From positions 1 to 64,000 of the forward strand of contig JAUCBJ010006646.1 in assembly GCA_032718475.1 (NCBI GenBank): a DNA stretch of 64,000 nucleotides. Reading direction: 5' to 3'. The notes below the pieces were generated by a model that was not told where the DNA came from, searched no databases, and saw only the letters and a program-made list of their open reading frames with translations. This DNA comes from Nemertoderma westbladi (lineage: Eukaryota; Animalia; Xenacoelomorpha). Position numbers and translations under genes: made by a program. Within the stretch, counting starts at the first letter, position 1. Every line of letters starts with the position of its first letter. Below, one piece after another: positions 26,780-38,933 of the stretch.

Positions 26780-29700
26780 CCAGGCCACCCCATATGTTTC
26801 ACTGTAAGAGCCGACCGCGTTAAACCGCCGGAACCATTCTGTTCCATGGGGGCCTAAACTTGAAAATATAGTTCGCCTCGGCATGGATCCGGTCCTCGTC
26901 CAACCTGATGCTCCTAACCCCAGAGACCCTGAGACACCCTAACCCGCACTGGGCAAAATGACCCAACAGCACATATTCCCTGTGTTCTCTTGATCAAGAT
27001 GCACTTCCTTCACGTACCTACCTATGGCCGATCAGTGACCCGTCATCCTATCCCTAATGGTTTGCTCCGTCTGGCCCAAGTAATACCCCCCCCCCCCCCC
27101 CCCACCCTGGGTGATTGGTGCTGGTCAACAGATAAAGTACACCATGGGACACACACGTGAAAAAACCGTTGATCTTCTCCCCCCATGGGGTCTGGGCCAT
27201 GTCGGACATGGCGTCGCAGATTTTACACCCCGCCCGGGACCCGCATCGTCTATTTCCCCTCCCCTTAGCCGGCGGCCACTTCTGAACCAACATATTACCC
27301 AAACTCCGACCCGTGTAAAGATTGCACGCAACTCCCATCCCACTCTCTCCCAACACCCGCCGATACCGCCGGAGGACCGGCTTGACGACCTTCGCGAACC
27401 TACCGTCTACCCCGAAGTAGATCCTGTCCTTCTCCGACTTGGCGCCACCCCCCGGTTTGACACCGGGCGAGTCCCGTAACCGTTCCGGGTCCCAACCCCG
27501 GGCCTCATTAAAAAACCCCTCACTATACCCGGACACCCATCAATCCATTAAATAACGGTCCCTCGCACTCTCAAACTCCCCGGTTGTCCTTGTCAACCTT
27601 GCGAAACGTATCAGCTGGCCCCTCACCACACCCTGCAGAACCCTCCGATCATGCAAACTGGATCTGGGAATGGGCAACCTCTTAGTAAGCGGTTTGAAAT
27701 AAACCAAACTCACTATTCCCCGACCCGGCTTCAACATCAACTCCATGTCCAGAAACACTGAACTGGTGTTCGAGAATTCGAAGGTGAAACGGATCCCTCC
27801 CTAACCATATACGGCCTCACACGCCGCCCCGTAACGCTCGACGATCGCCTCCTTTACAGAGTCCTCCAACTCCCCATCCCAAATAGCCTCACCAACATCC
27901 ACAAAGGTTTTGAAATAAATGGCGCGGAACCGAGCAACCAAACACACGTGGGTGTGGATACAATCCACCACTAGGACCGCCAAAACCTTCCCCGAGGGGC
28001 CTCCCATCCCTAAACCCTTTATCAAGACATAAAAAGCACCTTCAAACGCAAAATATGCACAAGTCAGCACAAATTTTAATATAAGCATAACCTGCCCCAG
28101 GGTAAACCCAGAGTCCTCCAAAATCTCCAAATTCTCCCCGATTACTGCCTCGATCGTGGAAACGGCAACATTGTGGTCCATGGAGAGGTACATATCCACG
28201 ACGCCCAAGGACATGAACGTCGCCGTGGACAATGGGCAGATTGGGACCGCCTCTCTCGCCGAACGCGAATCCTGCGCATAATGGGACATCCTCAGCATTA
28301 TAGGCTGAAGGACCGAGTTTAGCCACTTCCCGGCCCTCTCTGCTAGGGTGCCTCTCGACGATACAATAGCTCTCACCTTTGGGAACATCCGGCCCCCTCC
28401 CAAGTCGATCCACTCGGAAACCGGTTTGTGATCTTTAACTAACGGGAACATATAACCCTGAGTTGGGTTCTTCGGAACCAGGTATGAACTTAACTCTTTA
28501 TCCTCTAACGCCATCTTCTGTACCGTCAGATATAGTTCATCTCGATATTTCGAAATCGGATCACCTTCCAACTTCTCGAACCTCTCACGATCGCCAACGT
28601 TTCTCCTCATCTCTAAATCCAGAAGCTCCCTGTCTACAACAACTACGTTGCTTGAGTTCTTAAGTTCTTTATCACCCCTAAGTTCCTGCAGTAATCTCAA
28701 ATCCTTCTCCGAGATACCCAAACCCTCGTCCCCCCGGCCAACTCCGGCCGTCCTCCCATCCGCCCCATCAATCGCCTTGTATAGTTCTGCCAAAAATCCC
28801 TCTACTGCCTCATCCTCGTACCGTGGTGCGACGTACCGAAACTTCCTCGGAACATATAATTTCCTATAGTCCAAAGGGGCCCCCCACCCTCCTCCTCCTC
28901 CATTTCCCCGGTCGCCCCTAACTTGGGGATACGTCGCTTCATCTGGACATGCGGGCCCCCTCCACGCTTGGGAATAGCCCCCCCCCCCCCCCCACGCCCT
29001 GCGACGGGGTGCTGACACACCCTGCAGCCGCCGATAAACAGTTCGTTCCCTCATCGAACACCTCTAAACACTACCCAGAAACCGCACTCACCACAGGTCC
29101 TTCCCCGCTCAAAAGAACCACAGGGGTAGATGATGTGAACAGTCTCTCCCGCTGGCGGGTTACCCAAAACTAAAGCCCCAAATGCTTCCGTACAGTCTTC
29201 TATTGTCGCACCTGGCGCAGCTCTCAACTCCGGGCCCGCTCGATGTCCCCTCGCTGGCATGACCGAAAATGAAATAACCGACCCCTCATCGCTACTCCGT
29301 GGTCCACCCACCCCGCTTGCGGCTCCATCCTGGCTGGGCTTCTCAACCTGAACTGTATCCTCCAGCCTGGCTTTCCTTCGCCTGATCACATTACGGATTC
29401 TCGTTCCCAACTTGGAGATTGACGTGTGGGCGTCCATCCGGTCACGTTCCCCAACGTCTGTACCCGGCACAAAACTAAACCCTAAAGATAACACCCCTTT
29501 AGCCTCATCCGAGATGGGTTTGGAGGAGAGGTTGACCACATTGTCGACTTCCTTCACGGTTCCAACCAGGGCGTCATGGCCCACGAAAGGTTGGTACGCA
29601 ACCCTATCGGGCACCAGCCACGGAACCTTCTCTTCCCTTCCTCATCTTAAACTAGTCGCCGAAAGCCCTGCTAACTTCTGGTCGAGAATCCGCTTCCTCT

Positions 29701-30060
29701 CAACCTCCTCCTGGGCCCCGATCCGACGGACCCAAAATTCGACGAACTTCGATAGACACGTCCACGTCCAGTCCTCTTTCTTGTCTACACCAGCCCCTAT
29801 CTTCTCCTGGATGAACTGCGAAAACCCTCTGGATAACCAACCCTCCCGAGCGCGCTCACGCCTCAGAATATCGTGGTACCAGGCGATATCCATCGTCAAC
29901 GCTCTGTTCACGTACCTGTCCATCACACCCAACATGCCGCGTTAAACCTTGGCTACCTACCCCCGCTAGGTAAGCTGGCATCAGATTTCCGGACCTACAT
30001 CATTTCATAAAGTCTATTTGCAAAGGTAATCTAATTAGTTTCTGTCTGTCACGAACCACA
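26780..30060 (-). pseudogene. Penelope-like RT plus GIY-YIG endonuclease ORF, disrupted
   Basis: N-terminal VVNLSS..IS....VLSLGFSFVP; RT motifs YMFPLVKDHK, RAIVS, KGLGMG, FLDM..VYFKP; Cys linker CGSRAGCKIC; GIY-YIG-like TC.S.GVLYLLTC...YYLGQT...R and E..YI..F; several frameshifts and stops. Confidence 0.88.
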
Positions 30061-33013
30061 AGCGGATGTCACGTTTCACTCCAGGATTAACATTGAAATT
30101 ATTCGTTAAGTGACAATCCGAATTTAGGGCGTTTGTAAACATCATGAAAATTATTAAAACGACAAGGAGTTTTGTTACGGTATATGGCGCTGTATCCACA
30201 TTATTAGTCATTATGCAGTATAATATATTAGTCCGTTATACTGTACACAATATTAGTCCGTTATATTGTATGTAATATTAGTCCGTTGTGCAGCATGATA
30301 TTTTAGATAAGGCATAATAGCGCAATGATATTTAGATAGGGAAACCAAAACGTCCATATATTTGAATCCATCCATTTTGTATAATATGTAGCCCTACCTA
30401 CGTAATTTTGTATTAGGATATATGTAGATAGTTCCAGGGTAGCCAGTTTAGTCGGACCCTGGATTTTGTGCTTGCTGATATTAGCATCAATAGGGCTAGC
30501 ATATAGGGACGCTGTCCTGGCCATTCAGCAGCCAGGGACATGATCCATTACCATATATGGTAATAATTTGAGGTTTGGGCAGCAATAGGGCTACAATCCG
30601 GCCTCCTCATTGGACTAACTGCTTCCAGCTTTGTCTAATGCTAGCGCGGACTGGAGAGCCAATAGGAGAGCGATTGAGTCACCCTATTGCATCACCCCAT
30701 CCGGATCACCTATAAATTGGCTGTGTGCCGGTAGAGCCTTACTGCTATCACCTTTGTACTTGCTGAGCTGTCCCTATTCACTTTTGACGGATATTTTAGC
30801 GTTTTTCTGCAATTTGCTATTTTTCGATTAATCTCAAAATGATTTGCTGTTATGTGCGATTATTCTTGATTGTGTTTCTCAATTAATCCTATCGATTACT
30901 GCTAATTACAACTGGAACTATGATTTCTATCCTTTGTTAATGGTTCTATGTGATTCCCAACATGCCGCGTTAAACCTTGGGTACCTACCCCCGCTAGGTA
31001 AGCTGGCATCAGATTTCCGGACCTACATCATTTCATAAAGTCTATTTGCAAAGGTAATCTAATTAGTTTCTGTCTGTCACGAACCACAAGCGGATGTCAC
31101 GTTTCACTCCAGGATTAACATTGAAATTATTCGTTAAGTGACAATCCGAATTTAGGGCGTTTGTAAACATCATGAAAATTATTAAAACGACAAGGAGTTT
31201 TGTTACGGTATATGGCGCTGTATCCACATTATTAGTCATTATGCAGTATAATATATTAGTCCGTTATACTGTACACAATATTAGTCCGTTATATTGTATG
31301 TAATATTAGTCCGTTGTGCAGCATGATATTTTAGATAAGGCATAATAGCGCAATGATATTTAGATAGGGAAACCAAAACGTCCATATATTTGAATCCATC
31401 CATTTTGTATAATATGTAGCCCTACCTACGTAATTTTGTATTAGGATATATGTAGATAGTTCCAGGGTAGCCAGTTTAGTCGGACCCTGGATTTTGTGCT
31501 TGCTGATATTAGCATCAATAGGGCTAGCATATAGGGACGCTGTCCTGGCCATTCAGCAGCCAGGGACATGATCCATTACCATATATGGTAATAATTTGAG
31601 GTTTGGGCAGCAATAGGGCTACAATCCGGCCTCCTTATTGGACTAACTGCTTCCAGCTTGGTCTAATGCTAGCGCGGACTGGAGAGCCAATAGGAGAGCG
31701 ATTGAGTCACCCTATTGCATCACCCCATCCGGATCACCTATAAATTGGCGGTGTGCCGGTAGAGCCTTACTGCTATCACCTTTGTACTTGCTGAGCTGTC
31801 CCTATTCACTTTTGACGGATATTTTAGCGTTTTTCTGCAATTTGCTATTTTTCGATTAATCTCAAAATGATTTGCTGTTATGTGCGATTATTCTTGATTG
31901 TGTTTCTCAATTAATCCTATCGATTACTGCTAATTACAACTGGAACTATGATTTCTATCCTTTGTTAATGGTTCTATGTGATTCCCAACATGCCGCGTTA
32001 AACCTTGGCTACCTACCCCCGCTAGGTAAGCTGGCATCAGATTTCCGGACCTACATCATTTCATAAAGTCTATTTGCAAAGGTAATCTAATTAGTTTCTG
32101 TCTGTCACGAACCACAAGCGGATGTCACGTTTCACTCCAGGATTAACATTGAAATTATTCGTTAAGTGACAATCCGAATTTAGGGCGTTTGTAAACATCA
32201 TGAAAATTATTAAAACGACAAGGAGTTTTGTTACGGTATATGGCGCTGTATCCACATTATTAGTCATTATGCAGTATAATATATTAGTCCGTTATACTGT
32301 ACACAATATTAGTCCGTTATATTGTATGTAATATTAGTCCGTTGTGCAGCATGATATTTTAGATAAGGCATAATAGCGCAATGATATTTAGATAGGGAAA
32401 CCAAAACGTCCATATATTTGAATCCATCCATTTTGTATAATATGTAGCCCTACCTACGTAATTTTGTATTAGGATATATGTAGATAGTTCCAGGGTAGCC
32501 AGTTTAGTCGGACCCTGGATTTTGTGCTTGCTGATATTAGCATCAATAGGGCTAGCATATAGGGACGCTGTCCTGGCCATTCAGCAGCCAGGGACATGAT
32601 CCATTACCATATATGGTAATAATTTGAGGTTTGGGCAGCAATAGGGCTACAATCCGGCCTCCTTATTGGACTAACTGCTTCCAGCTTGGTCTAATGCTAG
32701 CGCGGACTGGAGAGCCAATAGGAGAGCGATTGAGTCACCCTATTGCATCACCCCATCCGGATCACCTATAAATTGGCGGTGTGCCGGTAGAGCCTTACTG
32801 CTATCACCTTTGTACTTGCTGAACTGTCCCTATTCACTTTTGACGGATATTTTAGCGTTTTTCTGCAATTTGCTATTTTTCGATTAATCTCAAAATGATT
32901 TGCTGTTATGTGCGATTATTCTTGATTGTGTTTCTCAATTAATCCTATCGATTACTGCTAATTACAACTGGAACTATGATTTCTATCCTTTGTTAATGGT
33001 TCTATGTGATTCC
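29928..33013. repeat. Tandem triplication of a 1028-bp unit (~245 bp of PLE plus first ~785 bp of the Bel/Pao LTR)
   Basis: LTR start TGTTACGG at 30173, 31201 and 32229; CC microhomology at junctions; a few substitutions between copies. Confidence 0.93.
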
Positions 33014-34415
33014 TTTCTGCGCAATAATCCTAAGGGATTTCTGAGACTGTCAGACTTTGTGATTTGCATGCGCCGCTACGGTAGCTATTAGCATAATGGA
33101 GGGCTAAAGTGCCAGTGGGCGGTGGGCACATCGGGGGGTTGAGCGACTAGGGGAGAGCGGAGGATTCAAAGATGGGCAACGCTGGCGGGGGTCACCGTTG
33201 CGGGCGGGCATTTGCACTGTAACACGCAGACCATTCGCCGATACAGTAACTAGGGGGCTGATGATCCAGGTTTCGTCTCTATTTAGTATTAGGGGGGCAG
33301 GAATCGGGTTAGTTAGGAATCCTAGATGTATCCGGGAGAGGCCTGCGCGTACTACAACGTTGAGTGTGGAGTACGAATAGTGAATCGCACAATTGTGGGC
33401 TATACAGTAGTTAACTGCATAATTGCGAACTGTGATTGCTGACGCTGATTGGTGTGTTACTGAAGTGTGCCTATGATTATGAATGTTTAGGTAGGCGCCC
33501 TTTTCTCTTTGATTGATTTCTATTTCTTAGTTACAACAATTAGTTACTGATTAGGTCAAAGTAATACGGCAATTTAGGCTATTACTAGTGAAACCTGTTG
33601 CGTAATAACTTAGAATTACGCATTCTGGAACTCTTAGTAATTAGTACGCTGTTAAATATTTGTGACTGTAATTGATTAGTAAAAAATTAAGAATTAGTAC
33701 GCAGCATAGCGGAGAGTAGCTAAGGTAATAATTAGAGTACTGTAAACTATTCACGCTGAGCGGTTATTTGCATTAGCGGGCAATCAGCTAGATCGCACTA
33801 TTCGGTACGCACAATACGCTAGTAGTTTGCTGGCCTAAAGCCAGCGGCAGGCAAGTTTAGACCCGGAGCGGTATTATCCACGTAGAAACAAATACTGTAT
33901 CATTTGATTATTTTAAATATTCTCGCATTCACACATTACGTTAGAGAACCCCCAGTATTCGCGGTTAGAAAAGACGTAGACAGTAGCGTGCTTTAATAGT
34001 GATAGAATTAGGCGTAAGAATACTCTGAGTGCAAAGCCTCTCGCACTCGTCTTAAGTAAGCTTAGGGAGCCGACTCGGGTTTATTGTTTTGGTTATTCCC
34101 GCGTGGCTCATAGTTAGCTCTCTATCGAGCGATCGGTAGAGAAAGGAACAAGCGATTTTGCAGGAGCTGTGTAAATTTAGTAAAATATATTAGCGGACGG
34201 CAGATTAGCGCCATCTAACGGTAAGTAGCGGTTTTGTATTTAGCAACCTTTACAATTTAGTAATATCACGCTCCTGATCCCCTTTACTTAACAGTAGAGC
34301 AGTCTTCGTGTCTTATTGGTTAGGCGAGAGCTCATTAGGTTGGCAGAAGGATATTAACGGGTATTTGTCTGTTCAACAGTTCTGCTGTTAGTATAGAGGT
34401 CGCGGTTGTTTATCA
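32229..34415 (+). repeat. 5' LTR (2187 bp)
   Basis: Matches 49048-51240 with about 8 substitutions and two small indels (by eye). Confidence 0.93.
32715..32772 (+). promoter_or_regulatory. Putative LTR promoter: CCAAT, TGAGTCA (AP-1-like), TATAAA
   Basis: Motifs read directly in typical order; function inferred. Confidence 0.5.
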
Positions 34416-34427
34416 GTAGTACGCGCA
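34416..34427 (+). promoter_or_regulatory. Primer-binding-site position, complementary to LTR 33344-33355 rather than to a tRNA 3' end
   Basis: GTAGTACGCGCA is the exact reverse complement of TGCGCGTACTAC; no TGG follows the LTR. Confidence 0.65.
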
Positions 34428-35708
34428 TTGTTTGCTGTAGGCTGTAGCGTACAGTAAATAGAGTATTCTTAGGCTGTTAGTTTAGACTACTGTTACTTTA
34501 GATTACTGATACTTCGTATCAGTAGTACGCGCTTTATTGGCTGTTGCTTGCAGCAGCCAATAGTGTATTCTTAGGCTGATTAGTAGTATCACAGTATTAA
34601 GTAATAAGTTAGAGCACGTGATCGTCTGCTGTAGGCTATAGGCTAGCGTACGGTAGAACATTAAGTATATTCTTTAGACTGTTAGTTTAGATTACTGTAT
34701 TCACTGGCTGCGTACAATAGTACAGTAGTACATTAGGCTGATTGCTGTTACTGCGTACGGTAGAAGGACATTTGTTTGCCGTACCACACACAGTATCAAT
34801 TAGGCTGTTAGGTTGGTGTACTGTTTTACTTACTGTACTGCATACAGTGGATGTACGGTAGTGCGTTTTTACTAATTGCGAATACAGCAGTTCCTTAGGC
34901 CTTAGGGCAAACTGTAATTAGTAAGTTTTTTGAAAATTATTAGCTAGGTTTGCGAGAATTCAGTTTCGGTCAAAATTATTTGTAAAATTCTAGAGTTTTG
35001 TACCGGTATGTTAGGTAACCGCTTAGTTATTTTATACCATCTGGAGATACATGGCAAGACGGAACTTCTGAGTTTGGGGTTCGTGTGGGTCTGCGGGTTC
35101 GGTTTGCAATCAGCGAAGAGCCTGAATCTTTGGACGCGGACGTGGAATCTCACAGCAAACAAGGTTAGTTGTTCTGTTGGCACCATTGTATTTGTGGAAG
35201 CAGTAAAAAATTATCGGTTGTTTAACTGCGAAGCTGAACTCAATTTATTAGTTAGGATATTTAGGTTTAGCCGGCCATGGTTTTTTGAATCGCTCAAATT
35301 AGAGAGAGAGTTAGAGAGAGTCGCAACCCGAAGATGTAGCCACGCGCTAGTGGATACATATAATATTTGAAAATAAAATTACGTTGATTAGAGCTATATA
35401 TATATAAAATTAGAAATATTCGGGCGGCAAGTATATTTTGAATATTTTGTATTAGATTCAAAGTTATTTTGTGCTATACCGGTATTTAATACTATATAGT
35501 AGCTATATAATAATATTTTGTTTAAATATTGTGCTAGTATTTGCTATAACTATACCCCATTAAATTCACAATATTGCATTGCGAATTTATTTGACATTTG
35601 GACCAACTGATTATTAGACAAATAATTTGACCGTATTTTCGGTTAAATTATAATTATATCTCGAACTTTTGCGAGATATTTTGCCGGAAGGCAAACATTA
35701 TTTGGACT

Positions 35709-38700
35709 ATGAGTGTCTCAGACAAGGAGGCACTAGAGGACAGCTATGAGACGGCGGCTGGACCGCCGACTGACGATAGCGTCAATATAACTGTTGACGA
35801 CAATGCCGACTATGACGACGCAGCGAGTGACGCTGACGTAAGTGAACAGGAGGACGAGACAGTGACTAGTGAGGAAGAACAGCAGCCTCAAGTAATAGTA
35901 TTAGGATCCCCTACCGCTACTGATAGGAAGGACTGTACAGCAGCCCAACCAGAGGTGAGTGATAGGGAGGGTAGTGTAGCAGAAGTGAGAGCCCGGAGCC
36001 CGGTTTCCAGACCTGTGGGTATGGTAAGTGCCGTGGTCCCGACGGCTGTTAGGAGTACCCGTAGTTCCCGAAATAATCCTTCAAGTCCACCGAGTGTAAG
36101 TCAGGTAAGTGATAGAGAGTTTGATATCGCGATAAAGAAGAAACTTCGCGCGCACGCCGGACATATAACTCGGACGACGGACAAGGTAAGGAAGATGTTA
36201 GCTGACTCAGTGAACATCGGGAGGGTAGAGTTAGCAGAGATTAGAAGAGGATATAACTCAGCGTTATTCAAGCAGACGGAGGAGCTTGCAGTCCTAGCGA
36301 AGAAGGCAGTAGAGTCTCAGTCGAGCGACGTGGCGACGAGGATTTACGACAGGGTTTTAGCAGCCTTGTTGGAGCACCGCGAGTTATCGGAGCGATTCCG
36401 ACGAGTTAGGACGGAGAACTGGCTGCTATGGGCATCACAAGTGCAGGCGACTCAAGTTAGTGACGCAGAGTTGAGAGAGTTAGTGGAGCGAGAAGAGATC
36501 CAAGACAAAGAAGAGCGCCGTTATCAAAGGGAAGTTACTAGCTGGCTGATGCAGAATGGAGTGGTGGTACCAGGCCAGGTGCTACCGACGACGGAGAACA
36601 TCCAACAGAGGACGTTGACTCCACCCGACGATGCATCTAGAGACAGCGGCGATTCCCAGGTTAGTCACGCGCGAGGTAAGGTTATATGTGCTAGATCCCT
36701 TGTTTCGCACAACTCGGCGGAGGAGAGAAGACGCCGACTGGACGAACAACAGGCGGAAGTTTTGCGTGCATCGGAAGCACGGAAGGAAGCCGAGCGGGAA
36801 CGGGAGCGCACACGTAAGTTGGACGCAGAGTTACGAGAGTTGGAAGAGATAAGTAAGCGCGAGCGAGCGGAACGCGAGCAAAGGGAACGCGAACTCCAAG
36901 CCGAGCGCGAGCGCGAGGAACTCGAACGCGAACAGAGAGAACGCGAACTCCAACTTGAATGCGAGCGGGAAGCGAAGAAACGCGAACTCCAACTCGAACG
37001 CGAACAGGAAGCGAAGAAACGCGAACTCCAAGCCGAACGCGAACGCAAGAAACTCGATCGTGAACAGAAGGAGCGCGAGCTTCAACTCGAACGCGGACGC
37101 AAGGAACGCGAACTCGAGATCGAAAAAAGAAGACAAGCGTTGTATGAAGAAAGGGCGCGTGTGGAAGAAGAGGGCGCAGCGAGACGAGCGAGGGAAGAAG
37201 AAGAACGTAAACTGGCGCAGTTGGAAAGTGCGAGATTAAATTTAGAGAGCGAAGAACGGACTAGGAAGGCGAACGAAATCGCCGAGAAGGGGATGCGAAT
37301 GCTCGAAGAATGTGGGGCGAGTGTAGAGACTGAGTTGCGAGAACTGTTCGCACTGCAGAAGGCCGAACAGGAAGCGAGAACTCCGACCATACGCGAGTCG
37401 ACGACGACCAGAATTCCTATACCCGGTCCAGCTATTACGAGTACACGGATCGCTAAACCATTCTCTACATATCGCACGCCAGTTGGTATTAGTGCTTCAC
37501 CTATCGCGCAGGATCCACGTCATCGGAACACCGCACCACTATACACCGAACGAGACAATGAAGAATTTAGAGAAGAAACTCCGACGGGACGAGTACTTGG
37601 CAAACCGAACCCGCGGGTTTGGAATACGCGGACGGAGCGCCGACCCAGTTCGACGGAGAACTTCCGGGTTAAACCGGAAGAGGGATCATATGAGAGACAG
37701 CGGATTACTCAGATAGAGCCGACTATACAACAGAACCCTAGCCAGGAATTTATTACAAGGGATGAGTTAAGTGCTAGTTTAGCGCAAGCTATATCGCCGC
37801 ACATCCAACCTATAACGGACATGCTTAGTAACCTACGGTTAAAGGAAGCAGCCCAGGTAAGAAGTAATTCTAATCCCAGCAGGCCTGAGTTAGATAAAGT
37901 CCAGCCTGATCAACGAGTACGCATATCGGAGGAGACTATACCACATAGACCTGTCCCGAATATTCATAATCCCAATTTCGAAAATTCGGCCGAGAAATTT
38001 ATTGAGGAGGCTTGGATCAGGGCCTCGGCGCGCAAACCATCGCGAGCGCTAAGGACTGACACCGAGTCAAGCGATGAAGAGGAAGAAATGAGACGTCAGA
38101 AGTCCCGAAACTATAAGGAAAGAAGGACGGACGCGGAGCAGGTAAGTTGGAACCACCGGGAAAGGACCAGACTTAACAACCCTGCGGAACTAAACCATTT
38201 GTTAACCCGGAACGACGCAACCCTTAGGGACATAGGTAAGTTTGCTGCTAGGCAAGGACTGCCGACGCAACAACCCCAGAAGTTTATGGGCAACCATAAA
38301 CACTGGAGGACTTTCAAAACCTATGTCGACGAGCAGCTAACCAACAGCACCTTTTCTCCCAACGAGAAGTTCAACTATTTGCTTCAGATGCTCCATCGAG
38401 AACCTAGAGCCATTGCTGATAACTTCGTCGGCAATGAAAGAGCATTCGAGTTAGCGATGAAGACGCTTAGTGACATCTACGGGAATAAAACCAAGATGGC
38501 GCAGTCGATAGTAGAAGACTTGGGTAAGGGCGGAAGGATTACAACTCCGTTAGAGCTGTTGAACTTAGCGAACGCTATTTCGAACGCATTGGACATCTTG
38601 AGGACGGTGAATCTACCTCATCATGGTGATCACGCCGAAGTTTTGAAGAGTGTAATAAGACGTTTAAACATGCGTTATCGACAGAAATGGCGCAAATTAG

Positions 38701-38933
38701 AGAATAAGTTAGAGGGTCAAGGTAAGGTGTTGACACTTCAGCATATTCATGACATGATAGCCACAGACGCAGTAGCAGAGATGAAATCAAACTTCTCAGA
38801 GGAGAATATGAGGGAGTCTAAACCTGTTACTGGTAAGTCTATGGTAAGTTTTGACGACGACAGGACCACTGTGACATTTAACTCAGTAGACAGATATAAT
38901 TCGAGTACCCCAGCCTTTAGATCAGACTCGTGA
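35709..38933 (+). CDS. Bel/Pao Gag (long acidic and coiled-coil N-terminus, capsid-like region), ending at an in-frame TGA
   Basis: PQKFMGNHKHWRTF...EKFNYLLQML...AFELAMKTLSDIYG resembles the Bel/Pao gag core; the frame stays open beyond the TGA into 38982. Confidence 0.85.
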   Translation: MSVSDKEALEDSYETAAGPPTDDSVNITVDDNADYDDAASDADVSEQEDETVTSEEEQQPQVIVLGSPTATDRKDCTAAQPEVSDREGSVAEVRARSPVSRPVGMVSAVVPTAVRSTRSSRNNPSSPPSVSQVSDREFDIAIKKKLRAHAGHITRTTDKVRKMLADSVNIGRVELAEIRRGYNSALFKQTEELAVLAKKAVESQSSDVATRIYDRVLAALLEHRELSERFRRVRTENWLLWASQVQATQVSDAELRELVEREEIQDKEERRYQREVTSWLMQNGVVVPGQVLPTTENIQQRTLTPPDDASRDSGDSQVSHARGKVICARSLVSHNSAEERRRRLDEQQAEVLRASEARKEAERERERTRKLDAELRELEEISKRERAEREQRERELQAEREREELEREQRERELQLECEREAKKRELQLEREQEAKKRELQAERERKKLDREQKERELQLERGRKERELEIEKRRQALYEERARVEEEGAARRAREEEERKLAQLESARLNLESEERTRKANEIAEKGMRMLEECGASVETELRELFALQKAEQEARTPTIRESTTTRIPIPGPAITSTRIAKPFSTYRTPVGISASPIAQDPRHRNTAPLYTERDNEEFREETPTGRVLGKPNPRVWNTRTERRPSSTENFRVKPEEGSYERQRITQIEPTIQQNPSQEFITRDELSASLAQAISPHIQPITDMLSNLRLKEAAQVRSNSNPSRPELDKVQPDQRVRISEETIPHRPVPNIHNPNFENSAEKFIEEAWIRASARKPSRALRTDTESSDEEEEMRRQKSRNYKERRTDAEQVSWNHRERTRLNNPAELNHLLTRNDATLRDIGKFAARQGLPTQQPQKFMGNHKHWRTFKTYVDEQLTNSTFSPNEKFNYLLQMLHREPRAIADNFVGNERAFELAMKTLSDIYGNKTKMAQSIVEDLGKGGRITTPLELLNLANAISNALDILRTVNLPHHGDHAEVLKSVIRRLNMRYRQKWRKLENKLEGQGKVLTLQHIHDMIATDAVAEMKSNFSEENMRESKPVTGKSMVSFDDDRTTVTFNSVDRYNSSTPAFRSDS

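Noticed and set aside
27030-30010. In-frame TGA codons in the Penelope-like ORF as selenocysteine (as in some Naiad PLEs)
   Set aside because: They do not fall at cysteine positions; the sister copy at ~53726 has CGA at the equivalent site, indicating CpG decay; the ORF also has frameshifts.
30303-33380. Repeated short ORFs (MARTASLY..., MLLCAII..., MRAGICT...)
   Set aside because: They recur only because they lie in LTR copies; no recognisable domain.
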